64,000 bases of DNA. It comes from Bacillota bacterium (GTDB lineage: Bacteria > Bacillota > Clostridia > Saccharofermentanales > DTU023). This document shows, in pieces, positions 27,568 through 36,918 of the stretch (its first letter is position 1; each line of letters begins with the position of its first letter). The notes beneath the pieces were generated by a model. The model saw only the letters and a list, made by a program, of their open reading frames with translations. It did no database searches and was not told the origin of the DNA. The DNA lies in assembly GCA_023622515.1 (NCBI GenBank), contig JAMNZB010000057.1, positions 16,243-80,242 on the forward strand, given 5' to 3'. The translations under genes and the position numbers were made by a program.

Positions 27568-29685
27568 TTGAAAAGGAAAGGTACTCTTTTAGTCGTTGCA
27601 CTTTTGTTGCTGGTACTTGTTATTGAGCTTGGTCTTTTATATAGAGAAAATATAACTGCAGAGCCGGTATACCCTCTTACAGGAATTATTACAGCGAATC
27701 CCTCCTGTAATATGAGGCGCGATCCCAACACTTCACGGGAGGCCTTACGTGAGCTGAAAAAAGATGTAAAGGTAACCGTCTTGGCTGAGGTAGAGGGGCA
27801 AATGGTGGGCAGCAACCCCCTTTGGTATGAGATTAGCTATGGAAATATCCATGGCTATGTCAGTGCCGAATTTGTTCGCCTGGAATATGAGATTCAGTTG
27901 CCGGACTACGGAATCCCTCAAGTCAACCTGCCGGCAACGGCGGATTTTCGTGCAGGCTTGGAGCAAAGCGGTTTTCCGCAAGATTATGTTAACGCCTTAA
28001 TGGCCCTGCATGAAAAATATCCGAATTGGAAGTTCACTCCGCTTTTTGTAAATTATAGTTTTGAAACAGCTGTCCGCGGAGAGTTCCGCCCCGGCGTCAA
28101 CATGGTAACAGCATCAGCTCCACCGGAGTATAAATCAAAAGCGGATGCCGATTTTAACTATGTGACCAATACCTGGTACCAATATGAACCGGGCTGGGTC
28201 GGAGCCTCAAAAGAGCTGATTGCCTTCCAGATGGATCCGCGCAACTTCCTTAATGAAATTCAAATTTTTCAATTTGAGAATCAAAGATATAACGGGGAAA
28301 TCCCCTATTTACAAGGACTCAATAATATTGTTCGCCATACCTTCATGGAACAATATCCTATCCAATATTTGGATACTGAAGGTGAGACCCGTACACTGGA
28401 TTCATCCTACCCCATGCTTATTGAAGAAGCAGGACGAAGTTCAGGTGTCAGCCCCTATCATCTGATTTCAAGAATTTTACAGGAAGTAGGCCCGCAGGGC
28501 TCCTCCTCGGTACGAGGTGATTATCTTGACATGAAGGGCTACTACAACTTCTTTAATATCGGTGCTTTCGGGGGTTCGGATCCACTCTACATGGGCCTTG
28601 TTACAGCTCGTGACGGGATTAAGGGATACTCTGAAATGAAGAATTCAAAGTTTCTCTTTCCCTGGATAAATCCTTCAAGAGCCATCAGCGGGGGAGCCAT
28701 TTTCCTCGGAGAAGACTATATTAACGTAGACCAACATACCCTATATTTACAAAAGTTTAACCTGGCCTCGCGCTATACCCGCCCTTTCACTCATCAATAC
28801 ATGGGTAATGTCCTGGCCCCGGAATATGAAGCCATTGATGTATATAAGGCCTATGAAAACATGGGTGCCCTGGCCGATGCCAAAGAATTTGTCATCCCTG
28901 TATTTTTAGATATGCCGGATGTTGTACCCTCGCCAACCGGAGGGGGGAATGTAAATAACTGGCTTAAGGCAATCTACATTAATGGAGAGCCGTTAACCGA
29001 TTTTCAGGCGAACCGCTATGAATACAAATTAAATATCAAGGCAGCCGGTAAAGGCTTGTTTGTTGAAGCCTTACCTTGGAATAGTGATGCCGCTGTCTAT
29101 GGCAACGGTGTATACCGTTTAGGTCCCGGTATCAATGAAATTATCATTCAGGTAAATTCACCGGCCGGAACGGCACGAAATTACCGCCTTAGCATCTATC
29201 AGTCAGAACATACTGCCCATCAAAATCCGTCCGACCTACCGAAAGTACAAAGTCATAATTATCAAATTAGCGCATTAGGCTACTTATACGGTGTTGACCC
29301 CAAGGTGGGGGCCAATGCAAGTGAATATCTGATTAGCCAGTATTCTCTGCCGGATAGCTATCGGCTAGTAGTGGTTGCGCAAGATGGCCAAACCCCGATA
29401 GAAAGAGCCGGCACAGGCTCTGTTCTTCAATTGAGGCGAAATGACCTGATTGTCAATGAGTTTCCTATTGTTATCCTGGGAGATATCAATGGTGATGGTT
29501 TAATCAATTTTGAAGACCAATTAATTTTACGCGAGCATATTTTAAACATGGGGAACAGCCTGACAACGGCACATAACTTAGCAATGGACATCAATCAGGA
29601 TGGCTACGTTAATATTATCGATCTCAAAATGTTAATAGACCATGTTAGAGGAGTATCAACGATTAACCAGTATTTAGGACTCTAG
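27568..29685 (+). CDS. Secreted/membrane-anchored multidomain protein: SH3b, putative glucosaminidase-type peptidoglycan hydrolase, cadherin-like beta-sandwich, C-terminal dockerin
   Basis: 705 aa starting at TTG, with an N-terminal TM/signal anchor. Domains read by eye:
- SH3b-like: NMRRDPNTSREALRELKKDVKVTVLAEVEG...WYEISYGNIHGYVSAEFV
- central hydrolase-like region: SGVSPYHLISRILQEVG ... TLYLQKFN
- cadherin-like: LKAIYINGEPLTDFQANRYEYKL
- two dockerin calcium loops: GDINGDGLINFED and MDINQDGYVNIID. Confidence 0.65.
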   Translation: MKRKGTLLVVALLLLVLVIELGLLYRENITAEPVYPLTGIITANPSCNMRRDPNTSREALRELKKDVKVTVLAEVEGQMVGSNPLWYEISYGNIHGYVSAEFVRLEYEIQLPDYGIPQVNLPATADFRAGLEQSGFPQDYVNALMALHEKYPNWKFTPLFVNYSFETAVRGEFRPGVNMVTASAPPEYKSKADADFNYVTNTWYQYEPGWVGASKELIAFQMDPRNFLNEIQIFQFENQRYNGEIPYLQGLNNIVRHTFMEQYPIQYLDTEGETRTLDSSYPMLIEEAGRSSGVSPYHLISRILQEVGPQGSSSVRGDYLDMKGYYNFFNIGAFGGSDPLYMGLVTARDGIKGYSEMKNSKFLFPWINPSRAISGGAIFLGEDYINVDQHTLYLQKFNLASRYTRPFTHQYMGNVLAPEYEAIDVYKAYENMGALADAKEFVIPVFLDMPDVVPSPTGGGNVNNWLKAIYINGEPLTDFQANRYEYKLNIKAAGKGLFVEALPWNSDAAVYGNGVYRLGPGINEIIIQVNSPAGTARNYRLSIYQSEHTAHQNPSDLPKVQSHNYQISALGYLYGVDPKVGANASEYLISQYSLPDSYRLVVVAQDGQTPIERAGTGSVLQLRRNDLIVNEFPIVILGDINGDGLINFEDQLILREHILNMGNSLTTAHNLAMDINQDGYVNIIDLKMLIDHVRGVSTINQYLGL

Positions 29686-29755
29686 CCTATAGCCTGCAGC
29701 CTACAGCTTAAGGGAGGGCTGGATTTACCTCTTTAAACTAGAAGGAGTTACTCTT

Positions 29756-30925
29756 ATGGATACAAAAAGTAGAAGAAAGCACGGCTTATTACTAGGGCTT
29801 TGCTTGCTGGCCTTGCTGTTGGCACAGATTCCGGTAGAGGCCCAAGGCGTTGTCGGTATGTCATCTCCCGATTTCGTTGAACGCGGTTATAGCATGACGG
29901 TGACGGTTACCGCTACAGGCGCTTCTGCCGGTGTTAACGGTGTAGAATTATACCTGATTTACGATGCCGCCAATTTTCAGTTTGTGAAAGTTAATTCAAC
30001 ATTCCTGGGTACTTTGGGCGGTTCTGTTACATCGCCTGCGGATGGCGGACTATTTGAACTGCAAGATACAACGGGTGGAGTTATTCAACTTTTAGCGGTC
30101 GATATTCCCTACACACCGGCAGATAATGTGATTGCCGTTTTGGAGTTTACAGCAAAGGCGGATGCCAATATTGGCCCTATCAGCTTTCAATTTAAAGATG
30201 GTTCTTTCGTACAAACCGTTAACGGCCGTGTTAATGCTACCAACGAAAAACTGGTTATGGAGATAACCGGTCAGACGGAAGCCCCTATTTCAGATACCCC
30301 CCTGCCTCCGGCAGAGCAGACAGAAGCTGCTGCAGAACCCGGTATTGACGTTCCCTATGATCCGAACAATCAAATAGCACCGGAAGGGCAGGGGACAGGA
30401 GATGGAGATGATTATAATATTGGTGCTTTAAACTCCGACCCTGCAGCAACGACGAAAGAAAGACGTACAGAGATAGTAAGTAAGCCGACCCTACCTGACA
30501 GCAAACGCACGGAGAGAACTGAAGAGGAAACCAAAACCCCCTTGCGTTCTGTTACCGGCCAAGCTTTGTATGCTCCGGAAGACGGCATGCCCTTAAGTAA
30601 AATTCCTGAAGGCTTCCAAGGTGGTATGGAAAAAATCCTGGGAGTCAACGTTCCGGTGGCAAAGTCTTCGGAGAAGGAGCTGAGCCTATATTATCTGAGA
30701 AATAGCCGCGGTGATGAGGATTTCTATACCTATGAAGAATCAACAGAGCGTTTTAAGTTCTATGATTTAGAAAAAGAAGCCGAGAAAGAGAGTGAGAGTA
30801 AATCGCGCTTTAGTGCCAAAGGGGGAAACGGAAACACCTGGAAAATTCTTTTAGTCTCTCTAATTGGCCTTTCAGCCCTGAGTATTATGATTTTCACCAT
30901 TTATCGGAATATACGTTTGAGATAA
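29756..30925 (+). CDS. Cohesin-like domain protein with C-terminal membrane anchor
   Basis: 389 aa with a signal peptide (LLGLCLLALLLAQIPVEAQG). The ~140-aa domain follows the cohesin pattern (YSMTVTVTATG...VNGVELYLIYDAANFQFVKV...VIAVLEFTAKADANIGPISFQF). An acidic, Pro- and Thr-containing linker and a C-terminal TM helix (WKILLVSLIGLSALSIMIFTIY) follow. Confidence 0.55.
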   Translation: MDTKSRRKHGLLLGLCLLALLLAQIPVEAQGVVGMSSPDFVERGYSMTVTVTATGASAGVNGVELYLIYDAANFQFVKVNSTFLGTLGGSVTSPADGGLFELQDTTGGVIQLLAVDIPYTPADNVIAVLEFTAKADANIGPISFQFKDGSFVQTVNGRVNATNEKLVMEITGQTEAPISDTPLPPAEQTEAAAEPGIDVPYDPNNQIAPEGQGTGDGDDYNIGALNSDPAATTKERRTEIVSKPTLPDSKRTERTEEETKTPLRSVTGQALYAPEDGMPLSKIPEGFQGGMEKILGVNVPVAKSSEKELSLYYLRNSRGDEDFYTYEESTERFKFYDLEKEAEKESESKSRFSAKGGNGNTWKILLVSLIGLSALSIMIFTIYRNIRLR

Positions 30926-30946
30926 TTCTTGTTGAAACATTTTTTT

Positions 30947-30982
30947 CAGCCGGTTCCACAATGCTAGCCGGCTGCTTTTTTC
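30947..30982 (+). terminator. Rho-independent terminator after the cohesin-like gene
   Basis: Stem CAGCCGG / CCGGCTG with a 14-nt loop, followed by CTTTTTTC. Confidence 0.6.
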
Positions 30983-31001
30983 TGTTATGATACGTTAGAT
31001 A

Positions 31002-31502
31002 GTGGCTAGTCAAAAGGAGAAATTAATGCCGGAGCCCGGAAACAAGAAGCAAGCTGGTCTCAAAGCTTGGAAACATTTTTTACTAGACAAGGAGATGGTG
31101 CGTTATTTAATCCTGGGTGTCTTGACCACCTTGGTTGATTTTTTTCTGGCAACCATCTTGAGGGAAATCTTTGGGGATGAACATAAGCTTGTGTTCAACA
31201 GCATAGCGGTTGTTTCAGCCATTATCTTTTCCTATATCGGTAGCCGGCTTTTTGTCTTTAAGTCAAAAGGACCGATCGTACAAGAATTCAGCCAATTCTT
31301 TTTTTCCCGTATCGGGATTTCTTTTATTTTCAGCAATGGTACAATTTGGTTTCTGGAAGATGTCCTTAATTTCACAAAAAAAGTACCCATCATCAGGCTG
31401 GCTTGGTCTAAAATTATAGGTGCCGGCCTGGTTGTAACTTTAAACTATCTGGTAGGTAAATTTCTTGTCTTTCGGAAGCGGAAGATAAAAAAAGAAATGT
31501 AG
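31002..31502 (+). CDS. GtrA-family membrane protein
   Basis: Four predicted TM helices with a GtrA-like start (VRYLILGVLTTLVDFFLATIL) and end (LNYLVGKFLVFRKR). The start codon is uncertain: GTG 31002, ATG 31026 or a later ATG. Confidence 0.7.
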   Translation: MASQKEKLMPEPGNKKQAGLKAWKHFLLDKEMVRYLILGVLTTLVDFFLATILREIFGDEHKLVFNSIAVVSAIIFSYIGSRLFVFKSKGPIVQEFSQFFFSRIGISFIFSNGTIWFLEDVLNFTKKVPIIRLAWSKIIGAGLVVTLNYLVGKFLVFRKRKIKKEM

Positions 31503-31559
31503 AATAGATTGCAATAAGAGGAAAGAGTGTATATGAAAACATTTACACAAGGAGAAAAA

Positions 31560-32990
31560 ATGGATTTTGAAGCTGCTTTAGACTACCTGTTTAGCGCCAA
31601 TGATTTAGGCATTAGGCCGGGCTTAGAGAGAATCCGCGAACTCATGAATCGCTTAGGTAATCCGGAAGAGGATTATGAAATTATCCACATTGCGGGTACA
31701 AATGGCAAGGGCAGCATCTCAAGCTACTGTGCCCATATTGCTGCAGAGGCAAATAAAAAGACGGGCTGGTTTACCTCTCCTTACTTGGAAAACTTTAATG
31801 AAAGAATCCGGGTCATTGATGGTAAGAAAGGTCTTGAGGACTTTCAGAAAAACTTCCGCAGCCCGGAAATTTCCGATGAGGATTTTGCCGGCTTGATGAC
31901 AGATATCAGCCTTGTTATTGAAGACATGAAAAAAGAGGGCTATCAGATGCCCACTGTTTTTGAAATGCTTACCGCTTGTGCCCTTTTACACTTTTCACGG
32001 GAAAAAGTTGATTTGGCCGTTTTAGAAGTTGGTCTGGGCGGACGTCTGGATTCTACAAATGTCATTAAAAAATCTTTGGTTTCCGTTATTAGCTCGCTTG
32101 GCTATGATCATACGGATCGTCTGGGCAAAACACTGGCAGAAATTGCCGGGGAAAAAGCGGGTATTATAAAGGAAGGGTCCCACCTTGTTCTTTATGACCC
32201 CTGTGATGTGGTTGAAGCCGGAGAGGAAGGACGAAAGGCCAAAGAGACGGTTCTGGCTATAGCGAAACAAAGGGGAGCTTCCTTACAAGTAGTTTCCAAG
32301 TCCATGATCTCCGACCATAATATTGACCACAATATGCAAAGCTTCAGCTACGATAACAAACGTTGGGAAACATCATTAAAAGGGGAGTTTCAAGTCCTGA
32401 ATGCAGCTGTGGCCATTGAAGCCTGTCGTAAAATTACGGATGATGAAACAATTCAGCAAGGGCTCCAAAAATCCATCTGGCCCGGCAGACTGGAAGTTTT
32501 ACGAGAGGAGCCCTTACTTATGATTGACGGGGCCCACAATGTACAAGGCTGTGCTGCGCTTGCCCGTGAACTCGAACGGGATTATAATAATGAAGATATT
32601 ATATATTTGTGTGGCATTTTAGCTGATAAGGAACATGAAAAGATGCTTCGTCTTGTCTTAAGCGAAAGGACAAGAAAGCCTTATGCGATTTATTGCACAG
32701 AAGCACCGGTACCGAGAACGATGAGTGCACCGGACTTAGCCAAAGAACTGGCTAAAATCCTTGAACTGGAAGAAACAAATCTCCGGAATATTGATGCAAG
32801 GACGATAGAAGCACCGCAAAATAAAAAATCTATGATTGCCTACTCGGCTGATATGGAAAAGGCTTTTTTAGAAGCTTTTTCCCAGGCGAATGAAGAACAA
32901 AAAGCCTTGGTAGCCTTTGGGTCTTTATATTTAATCGGCAATCTCAGGCCTATTATCCGCCGAGAGCTGGGTAAGAGAGAAATGTATTAG
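31560..32990 (+). CDS. folC: Folylpolyglutamate synthase / dihydrofolate synthase
   Basis: The ATG at 31560 follows AAGGAGAAAAA. Motifs are the P-loop HIAGTNGKGS, EVGLGGRLDSTN, GEKAGIIK and IDGAHN. Confidence 0.88.
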   Translation: MDFEAALDYLFSANDLGIRPGLERIRELMNRLGNPEEDYEIIHIAGTNGKGSISSYCAHIAAEANKKTGWFTSPYLENFNERIRVIDGKKGLEDFQKNFRSPEISDEDFAGLMTDISLVIEDMKKEGYQMPTVFEMLTACALLHFSREKVDLAVLEVGLGGRLDSTNVIKKSLVSVISSLGYDHTDRLGKTLAEIAGEKAGIIKEGSHLVLYDPCDVVEAGEEGRKAKETVLAIAKQRGASLQVVSKSMISDHNIDHNMQSFSYDNKRWETSLKGEFQVLNAAVAIEACRKITDDETIQQGLQKSIWPGRLEVLREEPLLMIDGAHNVQGCAALARELERDYNNEDIIYLCGILADKEHEKMLRLVLSERTRKPYAIYCTEAPVPRTMSAPDLAKELAKILELEETNLRNIDARTIEAPQNKKSMIAYSADMEKAFLEAFSQANEEQKALVAFGSLYLIGNLRPIIRRELGKREMY

Positions 32991-33028
32991 GCAGTAATGT
33001 ATTAGGCAGTAAGGTAAAGGGGTTACAC

Positions 33029-33865
33029 TTGAATTTTAAGCAGCGCATTGATTTTTTTCATAGCTTGGAGGAAAATGACTTGACCTTCTTCGCCCCGCCC
33101 GGCGAAGTTTATACGGCTGCCAATTCCTACAACAAAGCTCTGCAGCTTTTCCTTGACGGAGATGAAAAACAGGCCCAAGAACGTCTTGCTCAGATTAGTG
33201 AGGATTACCCCTTATTTCCTCAAGCCAGTCATTTGTATGGTATTTTGCTGGCTGACGAAAAGCGCTTTGAAGAAGCGGAGCAATATCTGGAGCGAGTCCG
33301 TCTCTTAGATATTAGCGAAGAAGAGCGTAAGCAACTTGAGGCAGAATATAAAGTTGTCAAGCGGGAAGCGAATAAACGTCGTAAGGAACGGGCTAAAATA
33401 AATAAGCGGGAGAAAATGCTGGCACCGGTCAAAAAAGAAATTGCCATGGAGAGTATCCTGCAGAGGGCCAGCTTCACCGGAGAGACCGGGGCAAATCAAG
33501 ATGTCGTCCAAAAGGGACATTTTATTTACGAGGATGCCGAAGAAAAAAGAAAAACAGCCTTAACGCTTATTCTGGGGCTGGGTGCCGCCCTCTTACTTCT
33601 CCTCTTCTTTTTCTTTTTTTGGCGGCCGGGAATTCTTAAAGAGCAAGCAAGAAGAGAGGCGGAAGTGGAAAAGCTGGCCTGGCTTGAAGAGGAGTTAACG
33701 GAGCGTGCGGCAAGCTCTTATGATTTGGCCCTCCTCCTGTCTGAGTATCAAGGCTGGATAGAAGCCGGCAGGCCCAAAGATGACAGCATAGGCGGTCAGA
33801 GGCCAAGTGTGGAATCAACTACAGAAGAAATGGCAGAAAATGACATAACAGATAAAGGAGAATAA
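33029..33865 (+). CDS. Hypothetical membrane protein with TPR-like N-terminus, basic coiled coil and one TM helix
   Basis: 278 aa with a TTG start after AAAGGGG. It has a TPR-like segment (YNKALQLFLDGDEKQAQERL...HLYGILLADEKRFEEAEQYLERV) and the TM helix ALTLILGLGAALLLLLFFFFFW. I recognise no family. Confidence 0.45.
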   Translation: MNFKQRIDFFHSLEENDLTFFAPPGEVYTAANSYNKALQLFLDGDEKQAQERLAQISEDYPLFPQASHLYGILLADEKRFEEAEQYLERVRLLDISEEERKQLEAEYKVVKREANKRRKERAKINKREKMLAPVKKEIAMESILQRASFTGETGANQDVVQKGHFIYEDAEEKRKTALTLILGLGAALLLLLFFFFFWRPGILKEQARREAEVEKLAWLEEELTERAASSYDLALLLSEYQGWIEAGRPKDDSIGGQRPSVESTTEEMAENDITDKGE

Positions 33866-33867
33866 CC

Positions 33868-35385
33868 TTGAAGTTTGTATCGACAAGAGATGAGAATATA
33901 CAGGTGACTTTTAAAGAGGCTGTCTTGTCAGCCCGTTGCCCCAGAGGCGGATTTTTTGTGCCGGCGAATTTCCCGGAAATAGACCTGTCCCTTTTATCAT
34001 CATTCCGGGAACTCAGTTTTCCTGAAAAAATGGCGAAATGCTTGAGCCTATTCCTTTCAGAAATGGAGTACTCCCAGGCTTTGAAGCATTGTTATGCGGC
34101 CTTCAATGAGACCGATTTTAGCGAAAAACCTTTTCAGGCCTCAGCCCTCAATCCCTATAAAAAAGAAGAGCAAATTATTTTCCTTGAAAGGGGGCCGGCC
34201 GGTGTTCGTCAAGACTACGCCAATGCCCTGCTACGTGAGTTTATTGCAGAATGGCTTGGTGAAGAAAAGCTTTTGCTCTTGTCCGATTCCCGCCTTAGCT
34301 CAATCCTTTCTTTGGCTGCGAGCATCCGCCCTGAAGGAGGGATAAGACCGGTATATTTTCTGGATAGGCGCTTCCCTCAAAACAGGATTAATTTGCTCAG
34401 CAACTATTTGCAAAAGGATCAGTCCTTTGGCCTTTTCCTTGATAAGGAATTACCGCAAGCGGAGATTACACTCTATAAAATTTTCCATTCGCCCGGTTTT
34501 TTGGAAGGACTTCGGGAAAAAGGCTGCCAGGTTCTTTTTGCTGATGGTAGTTCAGTGGTCTCCTTGCTGACCCAAATGAGTCTTCTGCTGATTAGCTATA
34601 CAGACTTTGTTGCCCAGGATGTTTTTCCGGATAGAGATAGTCTTGATATGTATGTGTCCAGTGATGATCTCGACCTGGTTTTAGCTATTCTCTATCTAAA
34701 AAGCATGGGCCTTCCTTTTGGTCATATTTTTATAGCGGAAAATAGTCAAAAAGTATACAGTAATTTCTTCCGGACAGGGCGTTTCCAAAGCAGGCAGCAT
34801 TTTTCTAATACCATAGCTCCCAGCTTGGATAATCAGGTTTCGCCCCATTTTGAGCCCCTGCTTTTTGAACTTCTGGGCAGGAATCGGGAACTTTTGAGGG
34901 AGTGTGCTGTAGCCTATGATGACAATGAGAATTTTGTTTTGGACCGGCAATTACAACGGTCTTGGAGAATGCACATTAGCGCCGTTTATAATAGCGATAA
35001 AGACTTAATCAGAATGTGCCGCAGCCTGTACGACAGGACAGATTATTTGCTTGATGCAGGGGCTTCCATAGCTTTTTGCGCCAGGCAAGTACAACGTAGT
35101 AAGTTGGACGATATTTTTTGTGTTGTTTCTTCTCAAAATCCCTTATGGTCATTAGCCCTGGCTTCTGAAGCACTTTTTCACAAACCGCTCCAGGAAAGAA
35201 CAAAAATCAAAGCCTTGATAAGGGAAACGATTGAAGAAAGCGGTATTGCCCTGCCCGGAGCATTCTCAGAATTGCTGGAAGCGAAAAAGCAGCCGGAAAA
35301 TTTATTCCGAACCGTTTCCGGAGAGAATCTTCAGGAAGAAGTTCTTGCCCAATTGCTTCTCTTTCTTGAGGCAGATAATCAGTAA
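33868..35385 (+). CDS. Threonine synthase-like protein, apparently lacking the PLP-binding lysine
   Basis: 505 aa with a TTG start 2 nt after the previous stop. The N-terminus MKFVSTRDENIQVTFKEAVLSARCPRGGFFVP matches the ThrC N-domain pattern. The position of GPT.AFKD reads GPAGVRQD, and the SGDTG-type loop reads SDSRL. Confidence 0.6.
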   Translation: MKFVSTRDENIQVTFKEAVLSARCPRGGFFVPANFPEIDLSLLSSFRELSFPEKMAKCLSLFLSEMEYSQALKHCYAAFNETDFSEKPFQASALNPYKKEEQIIFLERGPAGVRQDYANALLREFIAEWLGEEKLLLLSDSRLSSILSLAASIRPEGGIRPVYFLDRRFPQNRINLLSNYLQKDQSFGLFLDKELPQAEITLYKIFHSPGFLEGLREKGCQVLFADGSSVVSLLTQMSLLLISYTDFVAQDVFPDRDSLDMYVSSDDLDLVLAILYLKSMGLPFGHIFIAENSQKVYSNFFRTGRFQSRQHFSNTIAPSLDNQVSPHFEPLLFELLGRNRELLRECAVAYDDNENFVLDRQLQRSWRMHISAVYNSDKDLIRMCRSLYDRTDYLLDAGASIAFCARQVQRSKLDDIFCVVSSQNPLWSLALASEALFHKPLQERTKIKALIRETIEESGIALPGAFSELLEAKKQPENLFRTVSGENLQEEVLAQLLLFLEADNQ

Positions 35386-35397
35386 GCGGGGAATGCG

Positions 35398-36798
35398 ATG
35401 AAGCGTCTAAAGAGTATTGGCTACCTGTTAATTTTCAGTCTTTGCCTGAGCCTTTTTGTTTCTTTTCCCGACCGCCCGGTGCAAGGTGAAGAGCTTCCTC
35501 TAGATGAACCGGCTGAAGAGATGGCAGAGGAGCTAACCGATGAAGGATCGGATGAACTAAGGGATGAATCATCCGATGAAGAGTCGGGAGAACCATCGAA
35601 GCCTGTTTTAGGGCCCTTGATTGCTGATGAAGAATTGAATGCCCTGGTTTTTGATGTTCCGCGGCCGGAAGAAGCCTGGCCAAGCCTCGATGAAATTAGT
35701 GCCGCAGCTTATATTGTTGCTGATGCGGATACAGGCGAAATTATTTTTGAACATAATGGGGGAGACATTGCCTATCCGGCCAGCATGACAAAGATTATGA
35801 CGGCCCTGGTTGTTATCGAACACCCGGAATACGAGCCCGACAGGCCTATTTATTTTAGTAATGTCAGCTGCGCTATGCCGGCTCCCGAGTCATCAACGGC
35901 CGGCTATGTACCCGGAGAAATAGCACCGACAATTTCTTTGTTATATGTCATGATGACCCGTTCGGCTAATGAGGTTGCTAACGCCTTGGCAGAAAACTAC
36001 GGCGGAACAATTGCCAACTTTGTGGACTTAATGAACCAAAAGGCCAAAGAGTTAGGCTGCGAAAACACAAATTTTGTAGACCCCTGCGGTTTTGGCTATG
36101 TCGACCACCATACAACCGGAGAAGATATGGTGAAAATCATTCGACACGCTATGTCGCATGATCTTTTCCGCGCCCTGGTTTCCTGTAAATTTTATAGTGC
36201 GCCGCCCACCAATATCCACAAAATGTCAGGTTGGTCAAATAACTTTAACGGAAATTACTTATTATTATTCCAAGATGCCGGCTACCAGTCCCCCTGGCTG
36301 AGATCCATTGACGGGATAAAAACAGGCCATACGGATTTAGCGGGTGACTGCTTGGCCAGTGCGGCGACAACCCATGACGGGCGCCACCTCATTGCGGTAA
36401 TTTTTAACGCCCTGTATGTAGGGAACAACTATAATTCCTATGTCGGCTCTAATATTATGTCGCGGACCTTGCTTGAAGAAGGGGCGAAGCGGATTGGTTC
36501 GCCCAGAAAAGATGATGCCGAGGAACTGGCCGATTCGGATTATGCCTGGCCCATCTTGCGGGAACGTAGTGGTGAAACGGTAGCCGAAGAGACCCTCCCC
36601 TTGCCAAGCTATACACTAGCCCCTCGTATTCAGGATGTGGCTGAGCAAGATATTGATCGTTCAAAGATAGAAATTAATAAGCTGACCCTGGCCCTATTAA
36701 TTATTTTCTTGAGTCTGTTTTTTGTTGTTTCACTTACTTTGATCTACCACGCTCTCCAAGAGCGGAAAAGAAAGAAGCGGTCGCGGAGGAGATTGTAA
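35398..36798 (+). CDS. D-alanyl-D-alanine carboxypeptidase (S11, PBP5/DacB-like) with acidic N-terminal linker and C-terminal TM anchor
   Basis: It has a signal peptide, the SxxK motif PASMTKIMTALVV, the SxN motif RSANE, and KTGHT. The C-terminal TM helix is followed by the basic tail KRKKRSRRRL. Confidence 0.85.
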   Translation: MKRLKSIGYLLIFSLCLSLFVSFPDRPVQGEELPLDEPAEEMAEELTDEGSDELRDESSDEESGEPSKPVLGPLIADEELNALVFDVPRPEEAWPSLDEISAAAYIVADADTGEIIFEHNGGDIAYPASMTKIMTALVVIEHPEYEPDRPIYFSNVSCAMPAPESSTAGYVPGEIAPTISLLYVMMTRSANEVANALAENYGGTIANFVDLMNQKAKELGCENTNFVDPCGFGYVDHHTTGEDMVKIIRHAMSHDLFRALVSCKFYSAPPTNIHKMSGWSNNFNGNYLLLFQDAGYQSPWLRSIDGIKTGHTDLAGDCLASAATTHDGRHLIAVIFNALYVGNNYNSYVGSNIMSRTLLEEGAKRIGSPRKDDAEELADSDYAWPILRERSGETVAEETLPLPSYTLAPRIQDVAEQDIDRSKIEINKLTLALLIIFLSLFFVVSLTLIYHALQERKRKKRSRRRL

Positions 36799-36918
36799 GG
36801 CTGTAGATCCGGCTGCCGGTGCATACAGGTTAAAAACTGAAGGCGCACAGTGAAAACACGAGAAAAACAAAAAGAAACAAAGAAAAACGGAGCAATGAGC
36901 GTGCAAATTAAAAATGAA

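Noticed and set aside
33614-33620. T7 homopolymer inside the TPR-like membrane protein gene as a phase-variation tract
   Set aside because: Only 7 nt long, and it simply encodes part of a Phe run in a TM helix. That is too short to argue for slipped-strand switching.
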